From a virus, in the IMG/VR virus record IMGVR_UViG_3300044941_000276, positions 1 through 64,000 of that record: a DNA stretch of 64,000 nucleotides. One strand, 5' to 3'. The notes beneath the pieces were generated by a model, which saw only the letters and a program-made list of their open reading frames with translations, searched no databases and was not told the DNA's origin. Shown here piece after piece: positions 60,457-64,000 of the stretch (position 1 is its first letter; each line of letters begins with the position of its first letter). The translations under genes and the position numbers were made by a program.

Positions 60457-61203
60457 TTATGTAGGTTGAGTTGGTGGTATTGTAGGTTGGACGGTGGTCA
60501 AAGAAGCATGAGTTGCATATCTTTGATCCATATTTCTTTCCATCACTCTCCTAATTACCATCTTAAGTATATGATTACAACTTATTTCATCAAATTCTAA
60601 TTCTTGAGATGTGTCGGTTCCTTCTTGTTCTACCTGATCATATGTAAGAGCTATGCGTTCTGGGGTTTTAATGTAATCAATATTAACTTCTACCAGTTCT
60701 ACGGGAGCTCCACTTCCAACTAATCCTGTGTCAGGTCCAAGAAAGACTTCACATTCGTTACCAATAATACTATATTTTGGAGCAAAAAACCTAGGGCGTA
60801 AAAAGTAATTTCTTACCAATGAAGCTTCGAGATTTGGACTTTGAAGTTGTGCTCCAAAATGAATAATGCTAGGTGATGGTGGATAACAGCGATCCCTGAT
60901 TTCTTTAACTACTCTTATTCCTACAATCACATTGCTCATGTGACGATAATCATCGGGTAAAGTAAATTTAAAAGATCTTTTTAAAGAAGGTCTAAACTCT
61001 TCTATTTTTTTATATCGTTTTACCGACTTTATAGTATCAAGAATTTTTTGATCCTGTTCTACTCTAAATGTCAATACTTGATTGTCAATCCATTCGTTTA
61101 TAACTTGATTGACATAATGATTAAATTCTCTAAGGTGAAAGTGAGGTGATTCTTCTTTAATTACCTCAATTAACACACCTTCAAATAGTTCTCTTGCTGT
61201 CAT
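60457..61203 (-). CDS. Neck/ring protein (248 aa)
   Basis: MTARELFEGVLIE...FNHYVNQ...FTLPDDYRHM...IDYIKTP; synteny after MCP. Confidence 0.6.
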   Translation of the reverse strand: MTARELFEGVLIEVIKEESPHFHLREFNHYVNQVINEWIDNQVLTFRVEQDQKILDTIKSVKRYKKIEEFRPSLKRSFKFTLPDDYRHMSNVIVGIRVVKEIRDRCYPPSPSIIHFGAQLQSPNLEASLVRNYFLRPRFFAPKYSIIGNECEVFLGPDTGLVGSGAPVELVEVNIDYIKTPERIALTYDQVEQEGTDTSQELEFDEISCNHILKMVIRRVMERNMDQRYATHASLTTVQPTIPPTQPT

Positions 61204-62012
61204 CGTTTATTTAATTCTTCATTAAGCATGTAAAGAAGGTCTTTATCTGCCTCATTAGCGTTTTCTCGAGAAGCTGTATCTAAGAATGTAATGAAGGCTT
61301 CTCTGCTAGGGAAAGATTTATCTTTAAATTTAATTTCACCTGTTTTGCTAACAACTTTAATTACACCTTTCTCTATTAACCTAGAGGCTAGATCTTTGAA
61401 ATCTGCGTTTTTATCTGCCAATACATCTAGTATCGCTTTGGAATTACTAGTTGCAACTTCATAAAGCATTATGCGAATATCTCCTGGGTCTTTATCAGCT
61501 ACATTAAGTCCTAACAATCGAGCGTATTTAGCAAGATATGCTTCTGGTAAACTAGCAACCGCATCCATAGCAGCACGATATGTTTCAAATTTAGTAAGCT
61601 GTGTTTTTTGAGCTGTTGTTTTATCATATATAAAATATTTTTTGTTAGGATCACTCTGTCCCTCTTCGTAAGATAATGCTAATTCGTCTGTTTCAACTAA
61701 CCATTTTAAAATTAATCTGTTAGATTCATCGCTCAAATCCATTCTAGAACCATGACTTATTGTATATCTACTAAGAGTGTTATTTTCATCAAATGGATCT
61801 ACAAAAGGTTTTCCTGATTCTTTATATTCTCTGCTAACGCGATCTACGCCTAAAAACCATCCTGATTTATCAGGCACAGGACACGCGCTCCAACCTTTAT
61901 CTCCACGACGAGTGTGTCCATAATAAGAGTGAAATTCAATTTCACCCGATTTCATTTTCAATAATTGTTCTTTTAACGCTTTTCTTACACTTTCCATATT
62001 AATATATTTCAT
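61200..62012 (-). CDS. Conserved crAss-type protein following MCP (270 aa)
   Basis: Position directly after MCP; ARLLG motif; function unknown. Confidence 0.55.
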   Translation of the reverse strand: MKYINMESVRKALKEQLLKMKSGEIEFHSYYGHTRRGDKGWSACPVPDKSGWFLGVDRVSREYKESGKPFVDPFDENNTLSRYTISHGSRMDLSDESNRLILKWLVETDELALSYEEGQSDPNKKYFIYDKTTAQKTQLTKFETYRAAMDAVASLPEAYLAKYARLLGLNVADKDPGDIRIMLYEVATSNSKAILDVLADKNADFKDLASRLIEKGVIKVVSKTGEIKFKDKSFPSREAFITFLDTASRENANEADKDLLYMLNEELNKR

Positions 62013-62055
62013 TATTTAAACTATTTCCCATTTAAATTATTTCCCTAATTAAAGG

Positions 62056-62078
62056 GAGGGAGAGATCCTCTCTCCCTC
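62056..62078 (-). terminator. Hairpin after MCP (terminator or mRNA stabiliser)
   Basis: GAGGGAGAG-ATCCT-CTCTCCCTC, 14 nt downstream of the MCP stop; weak U-tract. Confidence 0.55.
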
Positions 62079-62092
62079 TTATTTTGTTTTAA

Positions 62093-63598
62093 TTATCGAG
62101 CTACGTTCTCTACCATGATAGTAGCAGCATATGGGTTCATTACGCGTATACCGCGCCATCCTACCACTTCATAGCGAGATGCGTCCAAAGCTGTAGCTAC
62201 AGGTCCATTGCTGCCGCCTGTTGCACCACCCATACCATAGATATAGTTGGCTACAAGACTACGACTCTTCAAAGTCATCAAGCTAATAGCTGGAGTAGTA
62301 CCACTATCAGTTTCATATATACCAGTATCAATAAAGATAGCGTATCCACGATCTTGATAGTAGTTGGTCAAGGCTTCATCGACTACAAATGTAATAGTGT
62401 TGCCTTCATATATATAAGAATTAAACGTTGCGCCTACTGTAACTTCATTAGCCATTACTCTATTTGTCTTCTTGGCTTTAGTTATAGGATCGGTCATATT
62501 TAGACGATCTTTTGTAAAGAACCATGCACCGTAAGGGTTAATGTTAAACACTTCTTGTTGCAAAGCGCGAGCTTTTTGACGAGAGAATCTACGATTACAC
62601 AATACAGTGATATGGTTTCCAGTTGACATACCGCGACGTTCAGCTACGTTTTCAACAGCATCTTGGAACTGCTTAACTGTTAACGTATTATTGGTATAGT
62701 TAATATAGTGAGCATAACGCTCATATTGAGCAATAAGACCATCGCCAGCAATTACATCTTGCATGTTTTCTGTTTGCAACATGCTACGACCATTTTCTTC
62801 GTTCATTGCGCTACGACCGAAAATAAGGGCCGCGTTAGCGCTACGAGTAAAATGTTCCATTACTTGTTGCTCAATAGAATTGAGAGAGTAGATGCGGTAT
62901 TGACCACCATTAGCTCTCTCTGCTTTTTTCAAATCAGCCTCAGTCATGAAGAACTTATCTGACAACACGCGCAAATCAGAGCTATATTGTTGACCGGCTC
63001 TGATTTTCATCAGCCAGTTAATATGCTCTTCCATATTGTACCATTGTTTGTTGGTACCATACTCAGAAAGTTCAGGTTGCAAGTTATATACATAACGAGC
63101 AGTTGAGTTGATTTGAGTAAACGCTGTGTTAAGACGTTCAGTTGGCTTGTTAGTTACTAATTTACACTCATACAAATATTCATTTCCTGAAATTCGTTGA
63201 GGTTCACTAATTACATACAACAACTGAGTGTTTTGCAACGCAAACACATCATATTTGCTGAAGAAACGGTCATCGAGATAAATGTTAAGAATCTCTCCGT
63301 TTGTTCCACTTTGAGTGCATGGACGTTTAAAACGCAGTGTTGGAATTTGACTAGTGTCAATGCGCCACTTGAAAGAGTAGCTATCGATTTCTGAAAGACG
63401 AGTAAAAGATTTTTCATCTTCCATATAAATGTTACCTACTAACTCGGTGATAGTCAAAAGACCTAAGTCCTTTTGCTTGCTAAGACGCACGTAACCAGGA
63501 ATCAATGCGGGTTGTTGACCCATAAGATTCATGAAACGTTCTACCGTATAGTCAGTGTTTGAAAATTTAGCAATTGTTTCTTTTTGTACTAAACGCAT
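62093..63598 (-). CDS. Major capsid protein, crAss-like (501 aa)
   Basis: EIDSYSFKWRID, LQPELSEYG, IAGDGLIAQYE, VGATFNSYIYEGNTITFVVD, GIRVMNPY match crAss-like MCP segments; distinct high-expression codon usage. Confidence 0.88.
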   Translation of the reverse strand: MRLVQKETIAKFSNTDYTVERFMNLMGQQPALIPGYVRLSKQKDLGLLTITELVGNIYMEDEKSFTRLSEIDSYSFKWRIDTSQIPTLRFKRPCTQSGTNGEILNIYLDDRFFSKYDVFALQNTQLLYVISEPQRISGNEYLYECKLVTNKPTERLNTAFTQINSTARYVYNLQPELSEYGTNKQWYNMEEHINWLMKIRAGQQYSSDLRVLSDKFFMTEADLKKAERANGGQYRIYSLNSIEQQVMEHFTRSANAALIFGRSAMNEENGRSMLQTENMQDVIAGDGLIAQYERYAHYINYTNNTLTVKQFQDAVENVAERRGMSTGNHITVLCNRRFSRQKARALQQEVFNINPYGAWFFTKDRLNMTDPITKAKKTNRVMANEVTVGATFNSYIYEGNTITFVVDEALTNYYQDRGYAIFIDTGIYETDSGTTPAISLMTLKSRSLVANYIYGMGGATGGSNGPVATALDASRYEVVGWRGIRVMNPYAATIMVENVAR

Positions 63599-63644
63599 GG
63601 TTAATTTAATTAAATTTTAAATATTATTTCTCCTATTATTTTTT

Positions 63645-64000
63645 CTAAATATCTACTCCGAAAAAGAAATCGGATACATCTTCTACTTCTTCATCTAATT
63701 TACTATTATATCGCTGTTTGCTATTATAATTGTTTTTATCATCTACAACAACTCTTTTCTTTTTTAATTCTGCAATTTCGTCAGTTAACTTATTTACATA
63801 TCCAGCGATTTTAGGTAATATTGCATAAGCTGTAGCTATTTCGAGTAATCCTTCTCTTGTATCGAGTAGATCTATTAATTCTGATCTGCCATTGTTGCTA
63901 AATATAAGTTGCCTTACATTATTTTTTACATCATCATCTACAATAAAATTATGGATGTGACTTATATTATCTATGAGCTCATCAACTACTTGATATTCTT
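63645..64000 (-). CDS. Partial gene upstream of MCP (scaffold-like)
   Basis: Hand translation ...EYQVVDELIDNISHIHNFIVDDDVKNNVRQL...DEEVEDVSDFFFGVDI*, stop TAG at 63645-63647; function by synteny. Confidence 0.55.
   Translation of the reverse strand, partial: EYQVVDELIDNISHIHNFIVDDDVKNNVRQLIFSNNGRSELIDLLDTREGLLEIATAYAILPKIAGYVNKLTDEIAELKKKRVVVDDKNNYNSKQRYNSKLDEEVEDVSDFFFGVDI

Noticed and set aside
1-64000. Genome-wide stop-codon reassignment (TAG or TGA), as in some crAss-like phages
   Set aside because: Genes up to 9 kb are open in the standard code, and TGA and TAG serve as real stops (ATGA overlaps; TAG at 41150 and 63645).

Overview
This AT-rich 64 kb window is the virion (late) gene block of a crAss-like phage (Crassvirales-like, probable Bacteroidota host), read in the standard genetic code and almost entirely on the - strand. 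In transcription order (64000 to 1): partial scaffold-like gene; major capsid protein; head/neck/ring genes; tail muzzle; a ~12 kb accessory zone (small proteins sharing a [FYM]-x-x-GG motif, a topoisomerase IB, a PT-TG/GNAT/ART-like effector, fibre/decoration genes, a + strand two-gene moron); two tail fibres (one with an SGNH esterase); a lysis-like cassette (PAS-TM protein, patatin, holin-like, YkuD-like endolysin); then the ejected cargo proteins. The cargo set includes a 3041-aa SF1-helicase-domain protein, an 1881-aa two-barrel virion RNA polymerase (GGDYDVDK), an inverted 1691-aa zincin/SH3-like/kinase protein, and a partial zincin/PD-(D/E)xK protein. The strongest unexplained signal: four complete cargo proteins (about 6,860 aa) have no internal cysteine, only Cys within 6 residues of an N-terminus or 3 residues of a C-terminus, in a pattern fitting a head-to-tail linked chain. 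Product calls rest on motif recognition and synteny only; no searches were run.
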